Positions 29,659 to 44,561 of a stretch of 64,000 bases of DNA are shown here, one piece after another (position 1 is the stretch's first letter; each line of letters opens with the position of its first letter). The notes under the pieces are model-generated. The model saw nothing but the letters and a program-made list of their open reading frames with translations. It ran no database searches and was not told the origin of the DNA. The DNA is from Octopus vulgaris (taxonomy: Eukaryota): the NCBI GenBank assembly GCA_951406725.2, contig OX597821.1, positions 15,190,001 through 15,254,000 on the forward strand, read 5' to 3'. A program made the position numbers and the translations under genes.

Positions 29659-30452
29659 ATACAATTCAAGATACACCCAACACGAAAATAAACACTCTCG
29701 TCTCACTCTTTTGCGCATAGATATGTGAATTCCGAAAATTGATCGTATATTTACTGAAATCTCTAAGTGTTCCAACCGGCTTATTAGCTATGCAGCGAAC
29801 AAGAGAACTGGTTGCCCATTCGGCCGTACGTACACAGGTATAGAATATAATCTGCCACTTTCTCATGGAACTGAGTTGGAATCAATATACAACAAAGATG
29901 TAACAATATCTACAGGAAGACATTTCCCTTTGGGAGTTCCACGATTTCTATAATTCATATATTGTTACTGAACGTATTGTGTGACAAACAGTCCATTTCA
30001 CCACAATTAGAACGGGAAACCTTAATGTATATCAAAATATGTAACATATTTATCTCAGTATAATGCAACACGACGTTATTTGAATTAAAAATATGTTCCA
30101 TTCATAGAAATTTCTTACTTGTTGCAACACGCTTTTGCGCTCGATCCTCTTTAGCTCATCTGTTGTTTACCTGGTCGTAACATTGATGAATAATTAATTA
30201 TAAAGGAAATATCCATCTAAGTAAGCTCCACATACACTACAATGCATTAATAAATATTAATTTGTGGAGAACGCCAGAAAAATTCCCATACGTGATACAA
30301 TGCAAAACCTAGACACGAACATTGTCACACCACCAATAACAATTTAATAATAGCGATGATACATTTTATTATTGAAATAACAATCACTACCACTGCTGCT
30401 GCTAATAAATATAATATTAATAATAATAATAATAATGATAATAATAATAATG

Positions 30453-30540
<88 letters not shown>

Positions 30541-31080
30541 GGCATTGGCTCTCATGGCCTCTGATATTAACTGACTGGAAGTGTTATCATGTACATTGTT
30601 TTGTCTTGGTTTAAAAGATGGGCTACAGCAAATATTCTGCTCAATACCACAGATTTGCTTCTCAGTTGCTTAACCATAACAAGTTGAGTATGTCTATTGG
30701 TGGCTGATGATATGCGCCTCCCTGATCTTGAGCAGAATTAGTGGGGGCGGTGCATTATAGCCATGTGTCGAGAGGAATTCTTTGAAGCTTGAATAATTCG
30801 CCTCTGGAAACATGGGTGTTTCGTTCATCATCCTTAAGCAAACCATATTCATGGACGTTTTGAACAGAATGGACTACACGACCCGATGAAAATTCTATCT
30901 GGGCCCCATCTACAAGGTCATCCGCTGTTTAACTTGATTTGAGATCACCATGTCGCGCACACATGGTTGTGATGCATGTCTCTGGTGCACCCTTATCAGA
31001 CAGGTAGTCATGATGGTTATATTGGGCCTGGTATATTTTATCCTGGTGGCATTTCGATGACATGCGCTTCTCCCTAATTC
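30541..31080. repeat. Interspersed repeat of unknown class between (AAT)n and (ACT)n tracts
   Basis: Core caaatattctgctcaa..gagcaga..atagccatgtgt.gagagg recurs at ~34280-34430 and ~35890-36030. Confidence 0.6.
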
Positions 31081-31082
31081 AA

Positions 31083-31113
<31 letters not shown>

Positions 31114-31537
31114 GATAATGATGATGAAGATGATGAAAAAAAAAATAACGGTATGAAATGTTTGGATAAAGTTCTGTAAAGTTGAGAAAAAGGGATAAGT
31201 CGATTACATCAACATCAGTACTTGACTGATACTTTATTTTTCGACCCCGAATGCAACAATTGTAAAGTCAAAATGAGCAGAATTTAAGGTCAGAAGTACG
31301 AGTTAGAAGAAATGCCGCTGACCAATGTGTTGGACGCCCAAACGATTCAGCTGTTTAATTTATTATAAATATTAACATCGGAGCCTTTCCATGATGTATT
31401 TACAAAACAATTAGCATCTCAATCATAAATTAGTGCTTCAGTATGATAAACTGCGAGATAAATGGACTGAAGTTCATAGATTGGAATTCTAAAAAATTAC
31501 TCGCTATTTTCGAGCAAGCTATTGTAAAGCTAATATA

Positions 31538-31678
31538 TTAGGTTGTCCCAAAAGTTCGTAAATACTTGCGAAAATTGAATTTTTACTCGCCAAGTACTAA
31601 CAAAAACAACAAAAATTATTCCTCAAAATAAAGACCATTATTTTCCAAGACTTTCTACGAACTTTTGGGACAACCTTA
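31538..31678. mobile_element. Tc1/mariner-type MITE
   Basis: TIRs aggttgtcccaaaagttcgta / tacgaacttttgggacaacct; TA on both sides. Confidence 0.9.
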
Positions 31679-33719
31679 TAGATATATCAACCATGAGAAG
31701 AAACATAATTATAGAATTAACCACGTGAAACTTAAAATGTATTTAAAAGTATAGAAGTAAGCATGTGTACAATAATTAGTGTACTAAGGGGACATTTAAA
31801 GTAAAAGAATGAAAATGATACCTCTAGAATAGAGAATATATACTAAGATTTTATTAGGCAAGTAACTGTTCACTGAGACATATGAAATCAAGTCTACAAT
31901 TAAATGTAAAGTTAATGGTTAAATGAAAAGAAACATCTATCTTGTGGTGTTAGTATATCTATGGGGATATTCTGGTAAAACCTAGTCTGGCTCGAAAACA
32001 ATTAATCCATAGAGTTTGGGGCAAAAATAGTTTGATAGAATGATTTTTTTCACATGAAGAGTGAATGAGAAGATAGAAAAACTCTATCGTGTTGGTAGCT
32101 AAGTGGTAAATGAAAATGATACTGAAGGGTTCATATAAGATAGTAATAAAAGGAAAGAGGGAGTAAGGTAGTGAGATGTGTTGCGCTAAGTAAAAGAAGA
32201 GGGGTTAAGTAAATACTGAGGGGATGGTGGTTAGAAAAGGACACATTTTAAAGTAAAACCAGGCGATGTGAAGTAAGAGTAACGGTGATAGGATTCAGGT
32301 AAAGTGAAGTTAAAATATGTTCGTAGCCACATCTTATAGGAAGAGTATAGTGAATAGGTGCAGACACACACACCAAAGTAAAACTGTAATGGAGGAATAA
32401 AGGAAGAGATTGCCTATAGTCAGATGAAAGGCAAAATCAACATCGAAATTAAGTGAATTCAGAACGTCAAGCTCAGTAATTTGAAGCAGAAAGACCCTTT
32501 GACGATAGTTGTAAGCTTATAGGGAAATATGCTATTATGAAACTTGTTTCTAAGAAAGCAATTAGTCACTCCTTACACTATTTGCAAAATATACCGAAAA
32601 AGAACTAGGCTGACAATTAAAAACCTAAGTCGTAAGCAGTCATAAAATTAGCCAAGCAAATGTAGAAGTTGAATGGGCGCAATGAACATTTCTGTAGCTT
32701 TTCACATTACCAATAATTTAATTAGCTTCATACCCAGTCTACAGAAAATATATTGGTTAGCTAAATGCCATGTATATTATCCTAGAAGCAGAGAGGTGGC
32801 ATTTTCGGCTTGATACGAAGACATCACTACGAGGCATATGGAAATGCTTCTCTAATTTATTATACATAATTTGAATGACTACGTAATTTCATTCTTAACT
32901 TGGAGTTTTTCATTAATCTCACTTCCCAGCAAACAGAGATATTAAATTAGTTCTTTACACCGTAGGGTAGTAAGTGAACTTCACTAGTTAATGTAATTAC
33001 GTAACTTGAATTGTAAGTATAATAAATATATGAATACGTGCAAACATTTGTTGCTCTCTATATTTCTTATTTTCTTAATGTCAATGTTTCAATTTACTGA
33101 ATTGGTGCTCATAAACTGTTCAGCAATTCTGCTATCCTTTTATATTTTATCAATTCTGATATTAATCCAGACAATTGAGTGTTGTCTGTTATGTCACGGC
33201 CATCCCCCACACAATATTCTCACTTCCCAAATAGATCAGTGATCAATCTTAATTTGGAAAGGTGTATTTTATGAAGTACAGGCAAGATGCAATAAGTTCG
33301 CTACAATAAAACCATCCTAAAATTCCAATAAAATCTCGTTCTGCCTTATTTCTTGAAGGATAACGTCCTTCAGAAAGTTAAGAACGAAAAGCGTATTAAG
33401 TGCTCTTTAGATCAAAAGATAATTTAAATATAGACAGCTATTGTCTATGTTAATAATACCTACATCTGTAATTATTAAATCAATAAACTAAATCCCTTAT
33501 TAATTTATAATCTCTTTCATTTTCGATTTATTTCTATTTGTAATGCGGGAACGCCCATAATGGATCACACTTTACCTTTTTTACAACTTCTTTTCACAAA
33601 TATTATGCTTTCGTATAATAAATAGGATTTTACTTGGAAAACTCTGAACTAATGTTATGCATTTCCCACCTTTCTAGTGATTAACACAGTAACTTGGATC
33701 TCCAGCTCCAAAGTGTCTT

Positions 33720-34150
33720 GCTTCTGTTATCAGAGTTTATTCTGCTGAGGAGGCCAAAACAGATCTGACAGTTCCAATAGTTGTTGAATCTGAAAGAGCT
33801 GTCCTTGGTTTGAAACACAGTGTTCACCTAGTTTCTAGTTATCACTATACTAATCCTCATAAATTCCTCGAAAATAACAACATATGGAATCTATCGAAAG
33901 TTTGGCACAGGTTCAGTTACAGAATCAGCGATATCAAAACATTATCTAATTCCTGCTGATGTTCAGCAGGAATTAGAATTAGAATTCCAGCTGATATTCA
34001 TTGATACAGCGTTTCTCACAAAATCCTCTTGTGCTCCGTTTCCGAAAGCCATCTCTCCATTCAACAGATCTTTCAAGACCCTATCAATTGGCACCCAGTG
34101 TTCGTATCTCAGGCAATAGAGACGTTAACATGTCATCTTGATGTCCAGGA
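33720..34150 (-). mobile_element. Degraded RTE-clade LINE 3' fragment
   Basis: Minus translation DRVLKDLLNGEMAFG/KRSTRG resembles the RTE 'R.PK.LLYGEL..GKR..G' motif. Confidence 0.5.
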
Positions 34151-34191
34151 TACGTGTCCAGGAAAGTGGATGGCTGTTATAACCTGGACAT

Positions 34192-36030
34192 AACCTGGAC
34201 ATCAAGGTTTTGGAACTGACCTATTTTCCATTGCATTTCAGACAGATTCATCGCTGAGTTGCTGAAACAGAAATATCGTTATAACAAATATGCTGCTCAA
34301 CAAAACAGGTTTTCTTGACATTTGCTTGATCTTAACTACTCCTGAATGTTCCTAAGTGCATCTGTGATCATTAGCAGAGTCAGTGGAGGAACCATCATAG
34401 CCATGTGTTGAGAGGTATGCATTAGAGTTCGAATAAATATAATCAATACAAAGTCTGAAGGAAAAATTAACCATTTCTCATACTTACTATGAGTAAGCAA
34501 ACAGGAAGTAACAGTTGCTACCCAAGGAGAAAAATCGTGTTATACAATATCATCTGATGATAATTCATACGTGATAATTTACCAGCATGAATCATCGAAT
34601 CATTTATTATAACTTATCTATGTTGAAATATGAAATGATCTCTACAGTTTAATATTTAATGGTTTCCTCCAACTAAAAGGTCAAAAACGTCTATTTTGGA
34701 ATAGGTACCTACGATACTTGTAACGAAATAATGTTAAATATATTGTTGTTAGTTAATAAATGTAAAAAGTTTTACGCTATGTATGATTTTCAATATAATT
34801 GATTTCACATGATGTAAAGTTTACAGCACTTAACCAAATTAGATCATTCAAATGTATGCGATTGTCACATTAAGTCAGTGAATATTGGAGTTGACAACAA
34901 ATTAATACCAAGTTTACGAAACTTTCTAGTTATAAGCTAAAAAACCTCTTCAAAATTATAGATTGGAGACTACTTCAAATGAAATTCAGATCGATATACA
35001 CATTTAGCATCGAGGCATTTTCAGTGTAAAGCATTAAGTAAAGCATCTGAATGTGTTTCCAACTATCATTTATTCTTGATTTATGAAACAGAAGACAATC
35101 TGAAATGCTATTGTGAATGCTACTATTGTTGAAGTATCTATAAAGACCAATACATGGGTAAATTGAAATCAAGTCAATACAAGCGAATAATGCTATCAAA
35201 TGTTACAAGGGACTGTTCCTGCCGTGTGAGCCTTTGCAGCTAGAGGATACGTTATTTTGCTAAAGCTAAAAACAAGAACAAGTTGGGGGTCAAATTTCAG
35301 GAGCTTACGAGACTAAGGCATGAAATAGCTGATTGCAAGCAAATTACTATAGTTGTTATTTAATTTGAATTAACACAGGAATGGCTATATTGTAAGAAGT
35401 TTGCTTCCCAACCACATGGTACCGCGTTTGGTACCACTGCGTGGCACCTTGGACAAGTGTTTTCCACTATAGCCTCGGGCCGACCAAAACATTGTGAGTG
35501 GATTTGGCAGACGGAAATGGTCGTATATATAAATATATATGTGTGTGTGTGCACTTGTGTGTCTCTATTTGTCCCCCACCATCGCTTGACACCTGATGTT
35601 GGCGTGCTCACGTCCCCCTAACATAGCGGTGCGACAAAATAGAACAACAGAATAAGTAATAGGTTTATGAAGAATAAGTCCTGGGGTCGATTTGTTCGAC
35701 TAAAGGCCTTGCTTCGCTGTCAAATGTCTGAAACAGTTAAAAAATCAATAGTTAGAAGAAAGGGAAATGCATACCACGTACTTAAAAACGTCTGTTTGTG
35801 TTTGACCAAGTGAAACAACCTGGACATCACCATTTTCCATTACATTTCAGACAGATTCATCGCTGAGTTGCTGAAGCAGAAATGTCGTTATAACAAATAT
35901 TCTGCTCAACAAAACTGATTTGCTTGTCATTTGCTTGATCTTAACCACTCCTGCATGCACCTAATTGCATCTGTTATCATGAGCAGGGAGAGTAGATGAA
36001 CCCTCACAGCCATGTGTTGAGAGAGATTCT
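34192..36030 (+). repeat. Pair of diverged ~220-bp direct repeats (34192-34415 and 35817-36025)
   Basis: aacctggacatca..attttccatt.catttcagacagattcatcgctgagttgctgaa.cagaaat..agccatgtgttgagag in both. Confidence 0.85.
35373..35742 (+). mobile_element. SINE family A, diverged
   Basis: ctgcgtggcacctt..ctatagcctcgggccgaccaaa..agaataagtcctggggtcga. Confidence 0.85.
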
Positions 36031-39000
36031 TGGAGATATAATATTTATGTAAAGATATGATATTTATATAAATGTGTGTGAGAAGTGGTTCAAATATATA
36101 GTTAGCACACACCGGTAGAATGGTAACTGGAAAACAATAAACACTAATCATAAATAAAGCATACTTTTGTGTTGTTTAATAGTTTATGAAAATTCACATT
36201 AAAGTCCTGTTCTTTATATCAGAATTGATTTAAGAACCAATTACGGCCTAAATGTATAAACTTTCCTTTATATTCGATAGTTTCTTGTATGAGTAGTCAC
36301 TGACAAATTTAATCCTTTTTACGTGTATTATATTTAAGAACGGTGTCCCTATTCAACATGCAGACTGTGTTGGTGCAAAGTGGATATTTACAGTCAGTGG
36401 ATATTTACAGCGTGCAGTAACATACATGTGAGTGAAATTGAATCACAGTCTACGAAATAAGTAGTTCATATATATGAGGTTTGATAGTGGAAATTAAATA
36501 GAGGCCCAAAAGAGATATGAAAATTATTCCAAATTTAACTTGTATGAATGATTAATATCAGATTACACCCGAAATTAAAATATTCTTTGTAAAACTATTG
36601 CTTTCCCTCAAAATATCAACTGTTCGGCTTCCTTAGAGCAAAATATCAAATTTACTCGTGAAGAAAATTTAATAGATTATGCAGCATAGATGATCCTTAG
36701 GTAGGTACTAAGTCAACTGAAAGTGAGAAAATTTCTTCATTTGTTTTCATTTATATTATTATATTGGAAGTACTTAAGCGTCTGTGCTTATGAAATTCTA
36801 TAAATTAACATATGTATGAATTTTTGACCTCAAGTAATTAATGTATATCCACCCATCTGAGAAATCTTTCTGTCTATGTGAAAGCACCACTAGTTAAACT
36901 TCTAATCGATAGCACAATATTGACACTTTCTAATTTGCTGAGGTCATTAAATCGGCAGATTTGTTGTAAATGAGAAATGAGACAAGAGAAATGTGGTGTA
37001 GTATGTGTGGAAATATTGTTATCAGAAAATCAGAAATTCAGAAAATCCATGCCCAAACACGAAGCTTCTAACTGGAAGCATGAGCTGTTAAACAAGATAC
37101 AACAGCCATATCTCCCTCAAATCAAAATTAAATTGTTGGAAAAGCACATTATATAATGTATCGATTGATATTATATTGCAGGAAAAAAATAGAGTTGTCA
37201 TGGTTGGAAGGTTGTTTCATCACAAGTCTGTTTTCTTTAGTCTACCTGAAGCTGAACCAAAATAACTGGGGCTACCGTGACTAACACGCCTGGTAACTAC
37301 GAGCAGACAGGTTTCTAGGAAATGCTATATATACAATGAAAATAACAGCAATAAAACAATAAGTGCTGTTACAACTGTTACTAATGAAAATAAGAACAAC
37401 AATAAAATATAACGGTTATAGTGTCTAATTAAGTCTCATAGAGCTTTCGTTGTATAATCTTATATATCAATTGGTGATATTTATTTATTGGGTAGATTGC
37501 CAGTCAACATCTGCACAAATAACAATTACAACAGTAACAGTGACGGCGACGCCCATGACGGAGAACAACCTTAATGTAAGTTTGTTCTCCGTCCAAGAAT
37601 TCTCGATTGTACATAGCTACACCAGTGGGTTTGAATTCGTGACTTACTAAGGGGGTAGAGGGGGCAATACTATACTTATTAACAATTCATGACACTTTCA
37701 AGAAGGGACAATTAATATATGAATAAATAACTGAAGCAAAGATGGAGTATTTGTGCACAAACAAGACAGGAAGAAGAGAATCAATAAACAGAAACTAAGA
37801 AGTAACGAAATGTGTCGCAACGGGGACGTATAATAAAATATCGAAAACAGTGACGTTTCGTTAGGAATTATCACTGCACAGACATATAATGTTATTGATT
37901 TCTTGTATTAACACAAAGTTATAAATATGTAAGGAGTGGTTATAGAGGTTATTGCCCTGGTCCTTATCACTCTAGTGGTATGAGATACAAAACTAACTCT
38001 GACATTAACACAATTTGAATTTAAGTAAAGCAAAACTAAATAAATTGCTTCGGTTGTTGAGGAGTCTCTCAGTGAGGAAATCACTAATTTTTCGGTTGGA
38101 CAGAATACCTCAAAATATTAATTCTGACTCTGTGGTCTTAGTTCAAATACTGCTGAGGAACCAGAGTGATGAACTGGAGAAACTCTTAGAAGGCAGGGCA
38201 AAGTACCTTGTGCTATATACGAAGAGACAGGTACCTATCTGAATAATCTTATTTCGGTAGAGTTACCCCATGCAGTGTCGTAGAAAGAGGAAACTTAAGT
38301 GCATGAGCAATTGCTAGACTTCCTAAAATACTAGTTCTCAGTCCTGCACATATCTGTCGTATGGTAAGCAAGTTTCAGTGACAATTAGGTAACACAATAA
38401 GTAGACAACCACTAACTCGGTCAAATTACATTAGGAAAAAACCCTAGGATGGTGCACAGTTCAACTACCCTTTATTAAGGACTTACTCGATTCAGGATGC
38501 CCATACCAACAATAAAAGAATTAGCTATCAGCAATTAAATTATAACATGTTTATCCCTTGTGTCAAATTCTATGTTACCTACTAGTCCTTGAACTCTACA
38601 TTTGAGACCGATCAATGTCCTAGTTATCTAAGAAAATAGATTAAAACAAACGAAAACCGTATCCAGCGTTAACGACTTCAGGGATTTTTTTCTTTCATCA
38701 CATAGTTATGATTAAATCAACTCTGTTAAAAAGAGATTACACAGTAAATCTACGCAGTCCTCAATTCTCACATCTTAATTTTTTTTTTATCTTCCAACGT
38801 TTTGGTCGATACGGGATTAACTTATGAGAAACACTACAACTATTCATAAGAGTATTTGTTCTGTACATTTCCGATGGGAATATTTTGCATGTGATTTACA
38901 CTTAGCAACAATATGAAGTTTGTTACGATAGCAACACTTCAGTGTATTTAGTTTCCTTAATATTTACAATCACTGTTTTGAGAGCTACAGACAGTTTGTG

Positions 39001-39166
39001 GGTCAGTCTTGTGTGGAAACTGCAATAATTCTTAAACACAGTACTCTATGTTTCTAATTGCATGGCATATATACCAATAGTTTAGTATTTTTTATGAGTT
39101 TATTGTAAGGTGTCATATATACAAATATACATACATGTAGATGCATACATACATATGTGTGCTATA

Positions 39167-39280
<114 letters not shown>

Positions 39281-39286
39281 TTATAT

Positions 39287-39898
39287 ATATAGGAAAAATA
39301 GAAGTTGAAAATACACTGACAATAGTTAAATATTTTTTATTAATATATTTAAAGCTTTAACTGGTTCCATAGTTTACACTGATTTTCAAACACTTCAAAT
39401 GGAAAGACGTGGCTTATGAAACAATTAGCTATCATCAATTAAATTACAACGTGTCTGCCACTTTTAACAAGTTGTGTGTTACCTAAGTGTACTTGAACTC
39501 TATATTTGAGACCGATCAATGTCCTAGTTACCTAAGAAAATAGATTAAAATAAACGAAAACCGTATCCAGCGCTAACGACTTCAGGGATTTGTGTTTTCA
39601 TCACATAGTTATGATTGAGTCAACTCCGTTGAAAAGTGATTACCCAGTAAATCTACGCTGTTCTCAATTTGAGCAATGAATTCCCTATAAAAAAAAAAGG
39701 GCAAACTTCAAACACCAGTCAGAAGCAAGACAGCTGCGACATAAGCCACATCTTTCTATTTGAACTTTTCGAAAATCAGTGTAAACTGTGAAACCAGTTA
39801 AAGTTAAAAATATATTAATAAAATATATTTTAACTATTCTCAGTGCATTTTCAACTTCTATTGTTTCCTATATTTCTACCCATGTGGAATAAACTATG
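39287..39898 (+). mobile_element. PLE-like fold-back element: ~130-bp inverted arms with hammerhead-like motifs around a copy of nearby DNA
   Basis: Arms 39287-39418 / 39740-39873; spacer 39423-39669 copies 38519-38766; motif aacttt TCGAAAA tcagt-gtaa-actgt GAAA ccag TT aaagtt at 39763-39805. Confidence 0.75.
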
Positions 39899-40001
39899 TA
39901 TATATGCCTGTATGTATTCATTATATATATATATATACATACGCTCGCACATTTACACATATATGCGTGTGCATGTATGAATATATACACATATATATAC
40001 G

Positions 40002-40037
<36 letters not shown>

Positions 40038-41760
40038 CGTATATATATGGATTCCACCACTGAAGAAGAAAAGACAGAAAGCTTTTAGAATATGGTGTTA
40101 AATTGTTACCGCATTAGAAATATTTGAATTCAGTATGAAAAGATTGAACGTCACCAAGAAGACGAGAAAACTGTAACAATCGGTAAAATCAGAAAGAAAA
40201 TGAAAGCGTACGCGCACGCGTGTGCGAGCGAGCAAGTGATGAAGAGAGAAAAGCAAGTGAAAGAGGGAGGGGAGAGAAAGAAGGTGAGAGAAAATGAAGA
40301 GGAGAAGAGAAAGGGGAGAGAAAGAAAAAAGAAAGAAATATAAAGATGAATGGAAAAGAAAGAAAGATAAAAAGGCAGCCAAAGTGATATGTTTGCGATG
40401 ATGTTTTAAAAGAAAGCTAATGTTTCATTATAGATTTCCAGCTCATCAAATTTATCTGTTATTTCAATAAACAATTCCATCATTGATTAGTGACGAAGTG
40501 GTATAAGAGAGAAGATGTTCTTGATGTCGTTATTTTAAATGGAGCTTAGCATTTGTTATTAAGATTTTAAAACTGAGTTCGCATTTGTTAAAAATATAGC
40601 GGCAAGAGATTAATATTTCTATCGTGAATCTGATTGAAAATAGAATAAAATAAATTGAAATTCATACCAAAACAATTCGAAAGAGCAGTTGTAATGAAGC
40701 CTACACTGATTGGTTTGTGGATTAATATTTCATTCAGAACATGCCAATTTTGGTTGAATTCAGAATTAAACTAGCACAAATATATAGTTAATCGAAATTA
40801 TCTCCAAAGGGCTGATGTAGTTTAGCCAGAGAATGGTTAATTCAGAAGATAAAATGGACCATAATTTGTTTACAAAAAGCACAGAACTTGCCACACATGT
40901 AAACCTTGTATGGGATATATAAGTAATAATTTAAAATGTGTATGAGGAAAAAAAGCAAATTTAGAAATGCAATTAATATAGAATAAAATCTTACACCACA
41001 GATTATACTGACGTATACGAAATATAGAGGGTTACTAAAAGTAACAATTATATATAAATAAATTAATGTTATTTAAAAAGTAAATAAAAAATGACATAAT
41101 AAATAAAAAAAAGTAAGAGATAACTGTAGTGAACAGAAAAATTAACGAAATGAAGAAAATTTATAATCATGTGCTTATAATAATTATAAATATATAATGA
41201 TGATACCAACAACAGCAATAATGGTTCTAGGGTATAATTTATAAATATTTAATACATTGTACTTCCGTTTCGACAAATCACATGATTTTGACATGAGAGT
41301 CGGTATCCTTGAGATTAGTAGAGTATAGTCTGTATTATCTGAATATTGGTTATCACACTGCCGCTATATTGGATATCATACTGGCAAGAAGGGATAAACA
41401 TCCCTTTGTGAGTCATCCCAATATTGCAGTATCGCTTCATGATGATGATGATCAACCGGACATCCAGGGATAATACGGTGTATACTGCACTAATCTCAAG
41501 GATACCGACTCTGATGACAAAAGCATGTGATATGTAGAAACATACGTAGAGATGTTTTAATTATGTATAAATTCATTCCTAGAATTATTGTTATTATTTG
41601 TACCCTACATAATATTGGAATAACTGTGATGCAACGCCGAAAAACTGGCTTCCTAATCAGTATCATTACACGGTAGCACAATTAAATTGAAGCTTTATTT
41701 GCATACCTTTCAACGGACTTCATTCGCATACCCATAAAAGGTATGTATATATATATATAT

Positions 41761-41941
41761 ATACCGGAGTAAACACATAAATGTGAAACAAGGTGGATAA
41801 AAGAGTACTCAAATACCAGTGGTAGAGTAATATGCTTTATTTAAAGCAGCAGAAAATTCTAGCAAAAACTGTCTGATGAACGGCAACAAGAAACTCAGAG
41901 TAACAGATTTTGTTGAATTTTCTGCTGCTTTAAATAAAGTA
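41761..41941. mobile_element. PLE-like fold-back remnant in TA tract
   Basis: Arms ctttatttaaagcagcagaaaattc / gaattttctgctgctttaaataaag enclose the hammerhead core. Confidence 0.7.
41863..41912 (+). ncRNA. Type I hammerhead ribozyme motif
   Basis: caaaaactgt CTGATGA acggcaacaa GAAA ctc-a-gag TA acagattttg; stem II poorly paired in this copy. Confidence 0.65.
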
Positions 41942-42390
41942 TATATATATATATATAGACACACAAACAGTTATGATGGGATTTTGTTCCACCAAGGTTT
42001 GCAGAACGTCCACGTCGAGCTCTATAGATCTTTCAGGACAAGCCTCGCCTTCTAGGCTTGTATTTTCCGGCTCGAAATTTCTAGAACCACCGTTGACACT
42101 GGCTTATGCTTATTGTCCGATCCCCTTATACTGCATTAATATTTCTCGTACTTTCCATTGCGTTGTTGCCTTTATTGAACTCATAAAGCAAAATATGCCG
42201 AATATACTCCTTTTTCACTTTCATTATAACTTTGGAAAAAATAAAATCTTCAAAACTTGCACTAAGAATAAATGCAAGGTAAAATTACTACCTGCTTTTA
42301 TAGCAAGTTGATGCAAGTAGTTTATCCCGTCCCCCTCCGACTTTTAGCTCACGTAATTGAGAAAAACTGTATCATTTATGAGATGACTCG

Positions 42391-42428
<38 letters not shown>

Positions 42429-42670
42429 CAAAGATAGTTAGAGATTGTGAATTCAACCAACTAAAAGCTAGTATCTATCCAATACACAGCTGGTAATATA
42501 CCCAATTATTAATACACAAGTGTTGGTTATTGCGTGGACATTACACTATTGAGCGCAATAAATGGGCGAGGGTAAAAAGTGGTTTAACGTTAATTCCTAT
42601 GGCAAGAAGCAAATGGAGGGGATCCAGAGATAGTATGCATCAACTGTTAGGCATTATATTATGTCTATTT

Positions 42671-42828
42671 CACGTGATCACGTGACCGACCAGACTATCA
42701 GATGTTGCTACACATCACTGGTCACAATGCGTTCGCCTTGTTTTAGCCTTCGAATGACGCCACCTCGCTGGCTAAGTGAGCAGGCCAACAGAAGAGTGAG
42801 AGAAAGAGTACAGCAGGTATCACAACCC
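42671..42828 (-). mobile_element. SINE family B 3' fragment
   Basis: cagactatcagatgttgctacacatc.ctggtcacaatgcg..ttgttttagcc. Confidence 0.8.
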
Positions 42829-44319
42829 TCATGGGCGCTCCATTCGAGCGCCCACATCAACATCACAGTAATTGCTCTTTTCTCCTCCTTTGTACCGCCA
42901 CACCTAGAATAACATCTACATCAACAATTACTCCTCTCTGATAATATTAGATGCTGTGAATGGTTCTCCTGACCGAAGAGAATATTGTTCAGCACAGATA
43001 AGTAAGCTAAAATGTAGCTTATATAGAAACGGATTTGATGTTTTAAAACGAATAACACATTTCAGAAAGCACCTGAGAGGTCAATCTTAGAAATAAGTTA
43101 AAGACTTAGGCTAGTGCTGATTTCCATAGCAGTGTTTCTCTGTCTTACTGAGAAGATACTTTCACCATAACATCGATATTGTATGACGTTCAGTGGAATC
43201 ATTTTTAAACTATCATATTTCACATCACCTAAATTTATTCAAAATAGTTTCTTCTCTATTGAAACACGTCCATGTTATCACTATCATTAATACTCGTTTT
43301 GAACTAACACTACTGCAAAAATGTATAAACGAAAGTTTTTATGTGTCAATATATTCAAATTACGATACAGTTAGCATATTAATTTTTTTTGTAACCGGGA
43401 AATTCATATATAGGATTTAAAGAGTAATAGCATGCTTTCAACTTGTAAACTTCTAACAATAGGTCCTCCTACTAAATTACAACAGAAACTTTCGTATACG
43501 CATCGATAGGCATTTCCTTCCTAACAGACATTCTGAAAGAGTGATTAAATGTCCGCAACGAACTTCTAAATCTTTTAAACATTATAATCCGAATTTATAT
43601 CCAGATAACCCTCGCAAAACAATAAACCAGAATTTATATTCTCTATACACAATTAAGACTATTTTATGTGGTATACATGAAGTGATATATGGACTTGACG
43701 GTATTCGAAGTAATTGTCAACTTCCCTACCACAAATGTCTCCCTAAATTTCAGTACTAATGTCTGTATGAGGCAGAATTGTTGCTATTACCGTTCTCTTT
43801 ATTGTTATTAAGGTGGTGTATTTGTGAAATCATTACATCTTTGCACAAAATATTTTATGGTATCTGTTTCGGATCCTTATCTGAATCTAATATTATTTTT
43901 CACATACTTATCTGAAGACTTAATGAGTTAATTTTGTCTAAGGTTTATATTCAATTTCATTTCTTGTATTGCACTCATTGAAATTATTAATTGTTTATAT
44001 GGTGTACATTTCATATATCATCTTTTCTCAACACCGATCCCAGTCGATCTAACCTTTTCTCAACAGCTACCCCAGCCTAACTAACCTTTTCAGGAACAAC
44101 GGCATGCTTATAATACCTCTGCTCTTTCGTATTAACCTGGCGTGCATTTTAATTAACTTAGAACCTTTGATTTAATTTAATTCTGATTTCAGTCAACTTA
44201 ATGCACTCCAACGGAATTTGTAATTCACAGCTTACTGCTGTAAACCCTGATACACCTGTTTGATAACAACTTGGTATAAATTTCAATTATTTTGGTTCAG
44301 ATTCAAATAAGCATTTATT

Positions 44320-44520
44320 ATTTCATTCATTTATTTGCTTCAGTTAATTGAGTGCGGTCAAGTTGGGTCACCGCCTTGAAGGGTTTCGTCGAACGAATCC
44401 ACCCCGTACTTGTGTTCTTTCAAACGTGACTCTTATTCTATCTGCCCTTTTTTTCTAAAACTGCTTGGTAACGAAGACGAAAACAAACCAATTGGTGTTG
44501 CAGGACAAACATAATTACAA
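44320..44520 (-). mobile_element. SINE family A 3' fragment, degraded
   Basis: ttcagt.a.ttga.tgcgg.ca..caccgcctt..cttattctatc. Confidence 0.55.
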
Positions 44521-44561
44521 AGACACATACGTACATATACATAGGTGCATACATACATACA

